From: Haliotis cracherodii
Lineage: Eukaryota
Reading direction: 5' to 3'
Assembly: GCF_022045235.1 (NCBI RefSeq)
Contig: NW_027266266.1
Span: 25,606,001-25,670,000 of the forward strand
Length of the DNA: 64,000 nt
The position numbers and the translations under genes were made by a program. Position 1 is the first letter of the stretch. Every line of letters begins with the position of its first letter. The notes under the pieces are model-generated. The model saw nothing but the letters and a program-made list of their open reading frames with translations. It did not search any database and was not told where the DNA came from. Positions 28,301 to 41,540 of this stretch are shown piece by piece.

Positions 28301-31300
28301 TTGTGAAACTGACACTCTCCAATAGAGGGACAGTAGCAGCTGGAATTCGATGGACATGGCTGCAAATAGAATATAAGTATAAAATAAATAAATATATAAA
28401 TAAATACTATACAATACAATATAATATTGTTATTCCGTTATAGATTAATGGATCAATCAGGAATATGCATTGTAAGAAATAAACTGTTCTAACATTTTGA
28501 ACTACATATAGACCATATAACATTGAAGGAAATATAATCAGTTTTTAAACTAAACATCATGAACTGCTCTTATATTTTTAAAACCTATACCGCATAATCA
28601 CCTTTCCATTGAGTTTTTCTACTGGCAGCACTCCATGGCCAAGGTCTTCGGATGAGTCTTTGGTGCCAAGATACCACTCTACGAATTGGACACCACTGTG
28701 AGGGTCTATGACATCAAACTGGAGCACCATGGTAGAAAGGTCGAGACTGTCGTGAACATACACCTGCTTGTTTCCATCTTTCACGAGCCACATGTTTGAG
28801 ACATCAGGACCAGTCGAGTCAATATAAACTCGTACCGATTCCTCTACAGAGCTGTTAACAATGTCTTTAATCTTTATGGAAATATTATAAGATTGACCAT
28901 CAAACAGCTTAGGAGAGATGCAAAATGATTGTTTGGTAAAATTAGGAACCAATGCCCAGTGTGATTTAGAGCCATGATCCACAGAAACAAAATACTTTGC
29001 CTCAATGATGCCGTCAACGTTAGGAGTCCCAGAAATAGGAAGGGTTCCAGAAGTTTGGTCATATTCCGGGCTCACTTCTACCTGGGGACGAACTGGATCC
29101 AAAGGGTTATTGGCCCTCATTCCATCATTATAGTAACGACCTTTCCAGTCAACGCATACGGGTCCAAGGTTTGTCTGCCATTTGTAGCTCGATTTCTGGG
29201 TTGCTGACACAACCTGAAGAGGTTTTGTAGGCATTATCATCAGTTTGGAGGAGTTGTCGTACAACACCAATCGCCGCACATTTTGTATGTTTCCAGCCGT
29301 GTCATGTACCTCCAGAATGACTGCATACAGCCCATTTGCGTTTGGCAGGTGAATAGGTATGTCTAGCTGAAACTTGTTATCATATTTTAAATCAAAACCT
29401 TTCAGTGGCGTGTGTATTACGTCGATCACATTTCCTTTGTGTTCAGTTTTCAGAACTGTTATTTTAGTGTACTTCAAACCCGATGCTGCATCAGTCTTTC
29501 CTCCTTTCGGAACCGGGTCTGACCAGCCAGAGGTTTTCACATGGAATACACCTACAATATTTGAATCACATTCTATCATGTATAAAGATATCAGTCTTTA
29601 GTATGATTGTGTGCCCGTCAATTAAACAACTTTAGATATATACCGAAGCCATAAACATGAAAAATAAATAATGGTAAACATTATTACACAAATATTTCTT
29701 ACATACCAGTTCGTGTAATGCGGGTTGATAGTTCAAGTGGTTGTGACATACAGTGTCCTGTGTTGAGTTTGGAGCAGTGTACAGGTTGTCCAATATCATA
29801 CCGGAAACACAGCTGTTTGGTGGAACTCTGATGACTGTAGATCTGGGTTCCTACAGGATGTCCGTCAAAGTCCTGATACTTGAAAAATCCTCCACCAGTA
29901 GTAGAAAATTGGACGCATAGTCTGGATAATCAAAATTGCTTAATTTAACATCACCATACATAATGTCAATTGTGGAGAGTCATAAACTAAAGTAAAAGTT
30001 CAAATAGGGAATCTTTGGAGTCGCAGTTACATGCCAAAGAAGGGTAAAGTAGAGCAAGTTTCTGATATATATATATCATGTTCGTATGTGTTGTTCAACG
30101 TTTAACGCCGCACTCAGCAATATTCAGCTATATGACGGCGGTCTGTAAATAATCGAGTCTGGACCAGACAATCAAGTGATTGACATCATAAGCATCGATC
30201 CACGTAATTTGGATACGATAACATGCAGCAACAAAATCAGCGAGCCTGATCACCCGATGTCTTACGACAAGAATAGTCGCCTTTTACGGCAAACATGGGT
30301 TGCTGAAGACGAGTCTACATAAATATAAGCAACAACTTCTTTTCCATTATCGTAAGAAATGTATCCCTTATCCATTGTGCGATTCTGACTATAGCATGAG
30401 CATGTGCTTTTCAATCACTATAAGATAGTGATGACACCAAGTGTTCGCGAATAGATGGCACCCGATACAAACAACGTCAAGTCAAATGGTCAACAGAAAC
30501 AAACACGGCTACATATGGCCGTCAAAAGCCAAACTAAGGAATTACATAAGACGTTTTTTTCTCTCTGCCTTGTCAAATAAATAATAAATCCCATAAATCT
30601 TTTTAAAAGAATATTTCCTCAGTTGACATAATGGCCTTATCTGTGGCATTATTTATTGAAGGCAGTGTAAAAAATTACCTCTCTCCATCAAGCATGTCTG
30701 TTGATATTGGCTGAGTTCTTGAACATGCCAGATTGCTAGATGGTGAAGTGTCACTCAGAGCTTTCGAACAGTCACTTCCCCCATGCAATGATACTGTAGA
30801 CAGACTACTCTCTGCTCCTGAATTGGAAAGCACCAAGTGAAATAACAGCGAAATTTAATCGTACACTACTATGACGGATATGCATGTTTCAGATCATTTG
30901 CATTCAGCAATAAGAGCTGATATCTTAATCGATGTCCCGATTGGCTGTCTCGAATATGGTAAATGGAATAAATAGTCACCATATGTATAATATTACAAAT
31001 GTAGTACCATTTATGAGAATCTTCTTCAATTTTGCCCATGACACAACTATTCCATAGCCTTGATCGTAGACATAGTTCGGGGGTTTTGTGATGTCAATGT
31101 TGTCGAACTTTGAGAAAAACAGATAGTAGACAGAGTTGGGCTTCAAGTTGACATAAGTATCTGTTTCATGTGAACACCTGGTGTTGGACCCGTGTGTGGA
31201 GTTTCTTATGCTGCGGTGTTCATCGGTCATTCCAATGTGGCAGGATAGAAGTTCGGGTTTGTAAGTAACTGTGAATTTAAAAAGCACAGTCATAAACATG

Positions 31301-34300
31301 CACAAGTTCCGTTGTAGTTCCTGGTGGCTTCGCTATATCAGAAATGATATGCCATTGTGTTATACATACATATACGTGCTGCAATCACAGAAGTGCAGTT
31401 TGATAAGAACCGAATAAAATGGTAATTGTAACTGAATAACTCAATAGTTTCTAAACCATGACGTACGAAATTACAAACTTTATCTGTGCAGAATAAGTTG
31501 AATTTAATAGAATTTGAGTTGAACACGTTGTACTCACGGTCACACTTTGTGTAGCTGGAACCGCCATCCTTCTTAACGAAGCCCGCCCTACATTTACAAT
31601 TTGTCCTCAGATTTCTGTTGGCCGCATCTGGACAGTCGCCGGGCCAACACCATTGGTTCTTCCAGGAACAGGTCACTGATATTATAAAACATAGGTGACA
31701 GTGAAAAAAGGAAATAAACTTTCATCCCAAAATGAATGAGTGAGTGAGTGACTATGGTTTTAAGCCGCTTTTAGCAATATTCCAGCAATATCACGGCGGG
31801 GGACACCAGAAATGGGTTTCACACATTGTTCCCATGTCGGGAATCGAACCCGGGTCTTCGGCGTGACAAGCCAACGCTTTAACCACTAGGCTACCCGACC
31901 GCCCCCCATCCCAAAATGAAGTAATTTCATAAATATGCATTACGCAGATAGTCGACATGTGTATATAGGCTCATATTTTCCCACTTTAACTTTAAAACTC
32001 ACGTGCACAGTCAGGATGGCTGTTAATGTTCCACCAGATTGAATGTTCAGAATCGCCTCGAGCATCAAGACATTTTTCTGAAATTGAAAAAGAAACATTT
32101 CTCTAAAACATTCTGCCAAAACTAAACTTTGTAATAACAACGTTATCAGCGTTCTGTACCTGTTAATTGTCACTGTTTCAAGTATACTCAACGCAGCTAT
32201 TGAACTGCCGCCCAAGTGGATATACATGTACATGTAGAGTTGTAGCAGCCAAAACCCGTCGCCTTAAACTAACCCCAGTCGTCTACGTCCACTATTACGA
32301 ACAACAATATGAGAACAAGGGAAAACGATTCAGGAGCAGGAAAACACTGACCAAAATTGTCACAAAAAGATGTGCCACAACACCATACCAACCAATCAAC
32401 TGCGCGTCGAGGCATGGACACGTTTCTTCATTAAAAGTAGCAGATGGTCCTAGACACCTCGTTTTAAATGTGTACCAGAGTTGTCAGGATCTCCCCATGT
32501 AACATGATTTAAGGGACGTTAATGCTACAAACATTCGCACGAACATCCTCGTCATTTGAAGCATCTTGCGTTCTGCTGGTTTCCATTTTTGACGGATGTA
32601 TATGCTGAGGCACAGAGCCGCTTTTCACATTGCAATCCTGTATACCAAGTGTGGAGAAACACTTAAATGTAGACATGGCACTTACCACATTGTGATCCAG
32701 TATAGCCAGTGTGACAGGAACACTTGTCTGGTGCAACACAGCTTCCTCTCTGGTTACAGGCTCCGTTAGTGTTGTCCTTGCCGTAGCAGATGGCTGGAGA
32801 AAACAACAATATTTGCAGTTAAATGAACACCAAAATCATGAATGCTATCAGAAGATTATGAATTCAAATAAAAGTAATTACACAGTAAAAGTAATTACAC
32901 AGTAATTAGCGTCAATACCTGTGCTGCAGTCGACACCGTTGGTACTTCGCCATCCTGGGCAGCATCCATACACTACATGTGAATCTACGCGGTACCTACA
33001 ACTCGGAAATATTTGATATGATGATGGGAAAATACAAAGTGATATGTGCGTTAACTGTATATCTACCCAACCAAAAATGTTAGGGATCATGAAATTTTTA
33101 GGGGATTGTTGTATGTTGACTAAACACAAGGGAGTGTCTAAAATATAGATTTTTCCCATTATGACAGTAAGGAGCAGGAACACTCTGTCTGTGTTGTGAA
33201 AATACTCTTGTCATTGTGGTACGTCAATCACCTAAAATTGTGCTTTGCCCAACACCTATCATTCTGCTGTGTCTTTCATGTTTTCATCAGTCGGTCACGT
33301 TTCTGTGTCAATAATACACAATGTTGCTTTCTTTACCACTTTACTATTGTTCAGTGTCAGTCACACTGTAATTGTGCAGTGTCAATCGCCATATCATTAT
33401 ATTGTGAAAATAACACTTTAACATTCGTCACCATGCCACTCGTTTTCCCTTCGAAAATATACTCAACCGCAATAGAAACCCAAATAAAGTTTTTTTCTTT
33501 GTGAATGCACAAAAAGTAATTTTTGACAAGAAATGTATACAAACGTAAAAAATCCACCCTGCATTTCAGACACGACTTTGAAAAAAGGATAGGAAGCATG
33601 GTTCGATTACTTGAACTCCAGGGAGGCAGTGGCGAGGCACTTTGGATGGCATGTGTCATCACCAGATTGGTCGCAAGGCATCAGCAGACAGGCAGTGTTC
33701 GAAACCGGCCTCGCTCTGGACGATAGAGGTCCACTACTCCAGCACAGGACCGTTACATCTTGGTGACAGCCATCTGCGTGAGCGACAGTGACGAGTAACA
33801 TAGACAGCTGCAACCATTTAAGGTCCGCGTCATCCCGTGTCAGCTGACACAGTTCGTCGAGCGGCGTGAATCAGACGTCGTCGTCCTTACGTCAGGGTTA
33901 TACTGACTTAACGACACCGCGACGTCAACAGTGGCTACAAGTTGTCTTCTGAGACGAATCTAGGTACAACCTTTCTCTGTTTTCTCTGTCATCTTTTCTT
34001 GACATTATATACATATCTTTCATGGTCCTAAGACCGTCTAATGGCAGAGCGTCCGTCAGGAGAGCGGAAGGTTCGATCCCCGGCCACATCACACCAAAAG
34101 ACGTTAAAAGATGGTACTTGTTGTTACCCTGTCTGACGCCCGGCATAAAAGGGTTAAAACAAGGACTGGTCGGCTCGGAGCCAGTATACTGTGTCTGAGT
34201 GGAGTATCCATGATAAACTGCGGCCTGGTATCTCAGTGGGCTAGCACTATAAAATCGGCATCAGTCCGGACTGGTACAAGCAGCCACACACACACGCGAG

Positions 34301-34811
34301 CATGCACGTCGCTATATAAGTGCAATAATCTTGGACGCGACTTTACACCCCATTTCACCTCAATGCTCTTAACCTTATCCGCTTTTATGTATATATCTTA
34401 AGTATATATCGTGTCTCCATAGAGGCAAATGCCTTTTTTATTATAGTATATTACCTTATGATACATAACATCACATTAACAGACAAAGTCACGACTGTGT
34501 GGACACAAATCATGTTCACCTTGTTCGATGATGAGAACACCGTCTCCAGTGGAAAGTCCCACAGTGCGACGTGTATCTCTCTTGATAGGAACCGACGTTT
34601 GTCACGGTGTGATGACAGACATGTGCACTGCAACAGTAAATTATAAGTCAACACTCTCCGAACCAGAAGATAACAGATGAAATAACCAGAAGCAAATCTT
34701 AGTATAAAGCATTTTTAACCAACAATAGATAACATACCCAGTGTTGCTGAGACCTTCTGAAGATGAGCAAATGTAGATGGTTAAAACCGCAAGGTATCCC
34801 CATGATCGCAT
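15924..34811 (-). CDS. Gene B: about 3300-aa secreted protein with signal peptide, EMI domain, EGF-like repeats and about 16 FN3/Ig-like DxT/SPP modules
   Basis: 22 phase-consistent exons (minus strand): 34811-34738, 34627-34520, 32995-32919, 32793-32686, 32077-32003, 31675-31538, 31268-31008, 30817-30679, 29921-29707, 29551-28602, 28359-27168, 26562-25163, 24977-24335, 23984-23868, 23693-23386, 21890-21783, 21647-21491, 21304-21121, 20947-19341, 19244-17985, 17781-17263, 16189-15924; sum 9906 nt, divisible by 3. N-terminus MRSWGYLAVLTIYICSSSEG (signal peptide); GAHVCHH..HCGTFHWRRCSHHRTRYR..YGCCPGW..C (EMI pattern); CNQRGSCVAPDKCSCHTGYTGSQC (EGF). Confidence 0.9.
16261..16329 (+). repeat. (CTA)n trinucleotide microsatellite in last intron of gene B
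   Basis: About 20 perfect CTA units. Confidence 0.95.
21980..22248 (-). mobile_element. SINE-like repeat, family 2
   Basis: Full copy with 13-bp TSD CTGTTGGCATTGG (21967 and 22249). Confidence 0.85.
22440..23161 (-). mobile_element. Internally deleted Tc1/mariner remnant in gene B intron
   Basis: ORF 22563-22955 contains STPLVITGGILTGVRYRDEVIRLHVQPF (Tc1 DDE region). A TA-CAGTCGCC-type terminus lies at 23161; the partner TIR was not found. Confidence 0.75.
24150..24264. mobile_element. About 115-bp Tc1-type MITE
   Basis: Terminal (C/T)ACTGACCAAA ... TTTGGTCAGTA inverted repeats with TA flanks. Confidence 0.65.
30092..30310 (-). mobile_element. SINE-like repeat, family 2
   Basis: Homology to 613-853 (reverse complement). 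Confidence 0.8.
31737..31906 (-). mobile_element. tRNA-derived SINE, family 1
   Basis: Reverse complement of the 2616 element; TSD CATCCCAAAATGAA at 31723 and 31907. Confidence 0.85.
33064..33965 (+). mobile_element. 5' half of a Tc1/mariner element in gene B intron
   Basis: ITRLVARHQQTGSVRNRPRSGR and a downstream SDES motif. Left end CCAAAAATGTTAGGGATCATGAA is shared with the MITE at 24150. Confidence 0.75.
34028..34362 (+). mobile_element. tRNA-derived SINE, family 4 (Meta-domain-like body, CA-rich segment)
   Basis: B box GGTTCGATCCC, then AAAGACGTTAAAAGATGGTACTTGTTG.., GCTAGCACTATAAAATC, tail CCCCATTTCACCTCA. Homologs at 15285-15625, 45450-45826, 49880-50175, 50250-50460. Confidence 0.8.
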
Positions 34812-34899
34812 GGCTGCGGATGTCACTATAAGGAAGGAGAAAATGTTGTGTATTGGTTGTCTAAATACAGTGAAAGAGCCACTGACTGATCATATCTGC

Positions 34900-35165
34900 G
34901 TTAGCGAGTCAGTGAATTTGAGCCACTTTGAACAGTATTCCACGGCCAGTTATGCCATGGCGTGTCAGCTTGATGTGGCAGAAAGTGATGCAGGTCTTTT
35001 CGTTTCCCATTGTGGTGGAACTTACGGGCACGGGTATGGTGCTGACAAACCTTGACATATAATGAAGGCGAAGTTGGATTCGAACCCATCATTTTAGGTT
35101 TAAGCACGCCTAAGGGCGGCAAATTCTGCACAGCGGGCACTGCAAATTGCGGCGCCCTCGACGAC
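34900..35165 (-). mobile_element. tRNA-derived SINE, family 3 (diverged)
   Basis: GGATTCGAACCC B box, GCACGGGTATGGTGCTGACAAACCT body. Confidence 0.75.
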
Positions 35166-35530
35166 TTTTCAAAGTACGTGTTGACTGAATATATACATAT
35201 TTGGCAATGAACGTGTTAGTATGGTCACTGCGAAAGACACCAGGAGTAACTGTGTCGAGATTCGAACTCAGCCATTTTGAGATCCGGTCCCTTTAATAAA
35301 TTAAACATTTTAGTTATAATTTATCAATAACTATATAATAATTACATTTTATCTCCAGTGGGGGACATTACATTAACACTTGAAATACAGCTACTTGAAT
35401 AGATATATGTTTATTTGTTTGTTTGTTTGTTTGAATGTGTCTTTTGTAGTTCTGGTCTTCGATGTTAAAAACAACACTAATATCAATAAAAATACTTTGA
35501 AAACATAGTTTTTACACCAAATTAACTCAC

Positions 35531-35590
35531 CTCGTGTTACTTGTTCAAATATCTCTGCTCTCTTTGGTATATATCTGTACACTAACTTAG
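35531..35590 (-). other. Possible non-coding first exon of gene B
   Basis: The coding exon 1 ATG is preceded by an acceptor (..tatag| at 34826-34827). A strong donor GAG|gtgagt lies at 35531, with an AT-rich TATA-like stretch near 35620. The upper bound is approximate. Confidence 0.35.
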
Positions 35591-37172
35591 CAGCATAGGC
35601 GATCCTGCACAAAGACGTTTAATTTAAACCTGCACAACACTTATGGTCAAGGTCAAGTCGCTGATATTGATAACGGTGTTATTTGTTTTGCCGTAAAGTG
35701 AGTCACTTTTACGCACCGCCTCTACTGCAGAAAACGAAAGATAGCGGTAATGTCGACAAGGTTATCATTATCCATGTTGTCACAGTTAGGCATATCAATA
35801 CAAAGAAAGTTTACATGAAATAAAAAAATGAGATATTACTGAAATATTATTTGTGATAATCAAGGAAATGCGAAATTCTTTATATCATCTCCTTGTGGTC
35901 CCCGTTACTCCACCGTCATTGACTGAGGATACTCCCACCAACACTACTACACCATCATCCACTCACAACTACAATAATTGCTACATGTTTTATACACCTG
36001 CTTAATGTTCATAGTGTTGGCTAGTATTGGATATTATGTTTATCTACATGTACAGATATGGGTGATCAACGGAATTATAAAATCTGTCTGGAATATACCC
36101 ACTGTTACAGATCATTGTTTCAGAAGGCTAGGGAATACGGATGTCTTGAAAAGGTCATAAACTTGTAGTTTATATATCTTTTATGCATGAACATAAACTT
36201 AAACAACACTTGCAATAACGTTTACAGCTGCGCTCAGTGTATAAACTTGATATATCTGAATCAGTTAAAGGCTAAGATGTCCATGCCTGTCGTGGTCCAC
36301 ATTGCCTTACCACTGCATTCATCCTATTAGTAACATTATTCATGTGTTTTGCATATAGCATACATTGTGGCATAGTTGTTTTCCACAATATATATATTAC
36401 GACATTTATTAAATCAATACTTCTGGAATCAACAGTGCTGCGTCATGAAAATGTCCAAGTAACAGTATTTAATAAACACCTCAATACATATCATTTAGGG
36501 GTCCTTGATGTCAAACATCTCAACGTAGACTTGGAGAGTTACCAGCCAGTCTCCAATGGCTGTGTTGTTGGTAGCAACTAACAGGGGTCGAAATCCCCCA
36601 CGATGATCAACACAACACCCCACCTTACTTAAACAGATACGTCAAAGATAATAACGAGCAAACTTTAAACAGTTAAGCTCTTTGTTCTACTTCTTGACAT
36701 TTTGAGACTGTAAATTGCCTTGGTCTGATCACCCACCTAAATGGTGTTGACAGCAAGGACAATTGAATGTCTTTCAAACGACCTCTGTGGTGTTGGTGTA
36801 TTTGGACTTCGTCCCTGTTATGCAAAGTACAGAACGTGTATTTTGTGATAGCAAGGTAAATGCAATACCTTTCAAACAACCTCTATGGTGTCAGTGTGTT
36901 TGTACTTAGTCCCTGCCACGCGAAATACCCCGAACTGGTATACCCCCAGTATAGAAACACCAACGAACGAATGAATGGATATACATATACACATAACACG
37001 CATATAACAATATACTATATAATAATCATTATAATTTTAGTCAGCTGATCTAAAAATGTCAAGTTTGAGAGTTATTTGGACAACCCAATGGAAGAATACA
37101 CCTGGAGTTTGAGGTGATCATATACGCTTTCTATATCATCAGAAATTAGCAGTAGTAATACAAGACTGAATG

Positions 37173-37342
37173 AGTGAGTGAGTGAGTATGGTTTTACGCC
37201 GCGTGTAGCATCATTCCAGGAATACCACGCCGGGTAAAAAACAGAAATGGGCTTCATACATTGTTACCATGTGGGAAATCGAACCCGGGTCTTCGGCGTG
37301 ACAAGCGAACGCTTTAACCACTGGGATACCCCACCGCCGCAG
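37173..37342 (-). mobile_element. tRNA-derived SINE, family 1
   Basis: Same family; TSD CAAGACTGAATG on both sides. Confidence 0.85.
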
Positions 37343-37487
37343 CAAGACTGAATGGCGAATGGCTATTTACAATTCGGATTACCATTCTCATGGGATATTT
37401 TTTTATATAGAATATTTACCCTATATTCAGTTAACAAAACGTTGAGCAAAAAAGGCATTGAAATCCAGAGCTCTTGGTTTTGTTTGA

Positions 37488-37653
37488 GTAAGTGAGTGAG
37501 TATGGTTTTACGCTGCTTTTAGCAATATTCAAGCAATATCACGGCGGGGGGAACCAGAAATGGGCTTCACACATTGTACCCATGTGGGGAATCGAACCCG
37601 GGTCTTTTGCATGACAAGCGAACGCTTTAACCACTAGGCTACCCGAGCGCCCC
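37488..37653 (-). mobile_element. tRNA-derived SINE, family 1
   Basis: Same family; TSD TGGTTTTGTTTGA on both sides. Confidence 0.85.
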
Positions 37654-38049
37654 TGGTTTTGTTTGAAAGCATCATATGTTGGTTTCATGCGGACACTGGT
37701 GTTACTTAATATTGAGTGACCGTGTTCGGCAGCCAGACTACTGAGTGTTTCTGTTTAAATGTAAGGCCATGTAACACGTCACTTTGACAGGTGACTTTGT
37801 TCAAAATACGCTTCTGTTCACCCAGCAGTTAGTGGGTACCCGGTGTTATAGTAGGTGACTGTATGACGGGCAGCTTTGGTTGTAATGTAGCACCACAAGC
37901 ATCACTTGGTGAAAGGAATTTTGGCGCATTATTAATGCACTTATTATATGGTCTCTCAGAATGCGGACGAACATTGCTCAACGATAGTCCATCAGCATCT
38001 ATCAAAAATATCACAATGGATCATATTCATAAAATTCTACCGCCATGTA

Positions 38050-39473
38050 TACTGAACCAAATTAAAAACTTCACAATCCTAAAATTTTAACATTTTGGGG
38101 CCTTATTGTGTATTTAAACATCAATGGCCACGTATTGTCGTCAGATAATATCGATCAAAATCATGTGCACAGCTCTATAGTGGCAAAAGTGTTTTTTCAC
38201 GTGTTTTCAGCCAAACTTGTTAGCAGTCATTAACAAAAAAAGAAAAACACAAGAAAACAAAAGTCTTTACGGCCATTTGTCATGCCACGCCTTTCAAATG
38301 TGCAACGTGAACGTGCCATCGGCATGTTGCAGACGAGAACGTCCGTAGCTGAAGTCGCAAGGACGATGGGTTGTAGTCGACGGACGTTATGATTTACAGA
38401 CGCGTCTACAGCAAACGGGTACCACCGCTGATCGCCTTAGTCAGATTGTCTTACGTCACCTCCGTAACCGATTTTTGGCGGCTACATCAACCAGAAATGA
38501 ACTGTTTAGGGGTAGACTGAGTGCACAAACTGTTCGAAACCGTCTGAGAACTGCTCACCTTCAAGCACGACGGCCATACTGCGGGCCGATTCTGACTCAA
38601 TTACACAGACGTCAACGTCAATTGTGGGCACAGCGATACTTACGATGGACTCGTAGGAATTGGAATTAAGTCGCCTTCAGTGATGAATCCCGATTTAATC
38701 TTCGATTTGCTGATGGTAGGGCGAGGGTGTGGAGGCGCCGTAATGAACGTTACGCCCAGTGTTGTGTACAGGAAGTTGACAGATTTCGAGGCGGAAGTGT
38801 CATGGTGTGGGGTGCTTTCTCTGGCAATGCACGTTCCAGGCTTCTTGTCATCCATGGCAACCTCAACGCTGCTGCTTACCGCGACCAGGTACTGGCACCA
38901 GAACTTCTGCCTTTTATGCAGCACATGGACCCGATTTGATCTTCCAACACTACAATGCCAGACCCCACACAGAAGTTTTGACAAGGAATTTCTTTCAGAA
39001 TGCGGGAGTCAACGTCATGGACTGGCCGTCAAGGTCTCCCGACCTCAATCCCATCGAACACGTCTGGGATGCTCTTGGCAGAAGTCTGCACACTCTCCAG
39101 AACCAACCAGAGAATTTAGAAGATCTTGGCACCATTTTGCAGCAACAATGGCGTCGTCTTCCCAATCATGTGTTCACAAGCATCATAAGGTCCATACGGA
39201 GGCGTTGGTTGGCAGTTTTCAACGCACATGGTGGCCATACACGCTACTGAACTTGTGTGCCATCAGATTCTCGTGCTTGGGACTTATGATTTAAACTGTT
39301 GATGTTATTACCGAATACCGTAGGTGCTTGGAACAAATTATGGTTACCACCGTTAATTAAAATCCTTCTTTGGACATTAATAATTAAAAATTACCTTCTC
39401 TGATACATTTGTCCGTTGTATATCATACATGGGATTACTTTTAAATAAGTGAAGTTCTTAATTTGACTCAGTA
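38050..39473 (+). mobile_element. Full-length degenerate Tc1/mariner (DD34E) DNA transposon
   Basis: 25-bp TIRs TACTGAACCAAATTAAAAACTTCAC (38050) and GTGAAGTTCTTAATTTGACTCAGTA (to 39473) flanked by TA. Transposase remnants MPRLSNVQRERAIGML (38282), FSDESRF, GGSVMVWG, HYNARPH, WPSRSPDLNPIEHVW, with stops and frameshifts. Confidence 0.93.
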
Positions 39474-39666
39474 TATATCGATACCATTTATCCACCGCCA
39501 TGGAGGGCCATATTACATTCTTTAGGTAATCCGTCCCCCTGCCCAAGTTGACTCAAGTATGATGATATAAAATTAATTAAACTGTCTGCTCATGTTCAGC
39601 TTCTTTAGGCGTCGGTCATTTTGATGAAAATGAAATATCATAATAATTGCTTAACATCGAGGATGG

Positions 39667-39668
<2 letters not shown>

Positions 39669-39731
<63 letters not shown>
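39669..39731 (+). repeat. Compound (CA)n(TA)n microsatellite
   Basis: Directly visible; lies just outside the end of the 39743 Tc1. Confidence 0.95.
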
Positions 39732-39742
39732 CAATGTATATA

Positions 39743-41257
39743 TACTCTTCAAAAAAAGAAACTTGACACTGACTTTCAAAATGTAATATAATGCGACTGT
39801 TTCAAAATAGGACGCAAAAACCATAATTGAAACACTTTTTGAAGATCAATGTATACAATGTTCAAAACATTAATCGTGTCACCTAGACACACACACGTAC
39901 ACAATACAGTTAATGTCACAGGGGTACAGAAAATGGCAGTATCGGTTGTGCCCACCACGTGCATCAATCACCGCTTGACACCGACGACCCATAGATGAAA
40001 TTAATCGTCAATAACACGCTGTTGGATGTGCTGCCATTCACGCTGAAGTGCATCAAGAAGCGTCGGATGTGTTTGTGGCGGTGGATTCCTTCTGCGAACG
40101 CGTCGATCCAACTCGTCCCACAGACGCTCAATCGGGGACAAATCTGATGACCAGACTGGCCAAGGTAATGTCAAGATGTTGTTGTGCTGTAAGAAGTCCT
40201 CACAAACACGTGCAATATGCGGTCGAGCGTAGTCCTGCTGAAACTGTCCGCCATGAACGTTGACGTGAGGAAGAACGTAAGGCTGTAGGATCAAGTCTCT
40301 GTAACGCGCACCTGTCAATGCACCTGCCACATGCACGAGAGGCGTCCTACCACCGTGATGAATTCCGGCCCATACCATGACACTCCCGCCGCCAAATGGG
40401 ACAACCTGCTGCACACAGTTGGGGGCGTAACGTTCACCCCGACGTATGTAGACACGTGGGCGCCCATCAGCATGTGTGAGTAGGAAACGGGACTCGTCAG
40501 TAAACAGTACATTTCTCCACTTTGGACGTGCCCATCTAACCCTCTGTTGGCACCAAAGCAGACGGTCCGCCAGATGACGTGGGGTCAATGCATGACGTCG
40601 AACAGGTCCTCGTGCAAAAAGTCCAGCCTCCCTCAGTCTGTTGCGTACCGTTTGATTTGATATTCTGCGTACCCCAGGGATCTGTGTGGTTGTAGACGTG
40701 GCTGTGGCAGTGCAGACTCGGAGGTGTCGTAGCCGGATGTATCGATCTTGTGCTTGGGTTGTCACCCGTGGTCTTCCTGACCTTGGTCTGTCGTCAACTC
40801 TGTTGGTGTTGTTCTATCGGGTCCACAGTGCGGAGATTGTCTGTCTGGATACGCCAAAGTGCCAGGCCACTTCTTGCTGAGTTGCTCCAGCTTGTAATCT
40901 CCCAATGGCGTTTTTCCGTTGAGCTGCATTCAGTCTTGGCATGCTGTCACCGCCTCTACTGCCGTTAGAAGTACTGTATGAACAGCCGTTGATGAGGTGT
41001 GTTTTTTATACCCATTCAGCAGGGGGGCTTGCATGCCTAAATGCAGGATCCTGTGCTGTGCGTTTTTTACAGGCGGTTGCGTTTGGATGAAGCTGTAAAA
41101 TTGATCCCCAAACTCTACGTTTATGTGCTTTGCATGTGTTTTCGCGAATTATAGACACATCATATTTCTGTTTGACTTATTTGGTTCTCATTTAATGTAA
41201 TTATTTTAGATATTTGGCAAAAAGGGGTTTTACATCTATGTCAAGTTTCTTTTTTTT
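39743..41257 (-). mobile_element. Near full-length degenerate Tc1/mariner transposon
   Basis: TIR core AAAAAAAGAAACTTGACA near both ends (outer part missing at 41257). Transposase MPRLNAAQRKNAIGRL (ATG 40942), FTDESRF, GGGSVMVWAGI, QQDYARPH, WSSDLSPIERLW; frameshifted. Confidence 0.92.
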
Positions 41258-41290
41258 AACAAAGAAAACACGAAATATTGGTCAATGTCT

Positions 41291-41296
41291 TTTATT
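41291..41296 (-). terminator. Probable polyadenylation signal of gene C
   Basis: AATAAA on the minus strand about 245 nt past the stop at 41541. Confidence 0.55.
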
Positions 41297-41540
41297 AGTT
41301 ATTCACGATATATAACAGATATAACCATTCTTTACTGATATCTGAAAGTATTTCATCAGAGTCACTATAGATCATTGGTTAGTGTCAATGTATTCATTAA
41401 TCTGGTTCAGCGTTGTCACGAACCATGAAGTCTAATTACAAATGCATCACCATAACACTCTAAACATCTAAACGTCCTTCTCTGGATACTGAACGTCGAA
41501 GTCATCGGCACATCTCTAATCCGACAATATGTTTGTCAGT

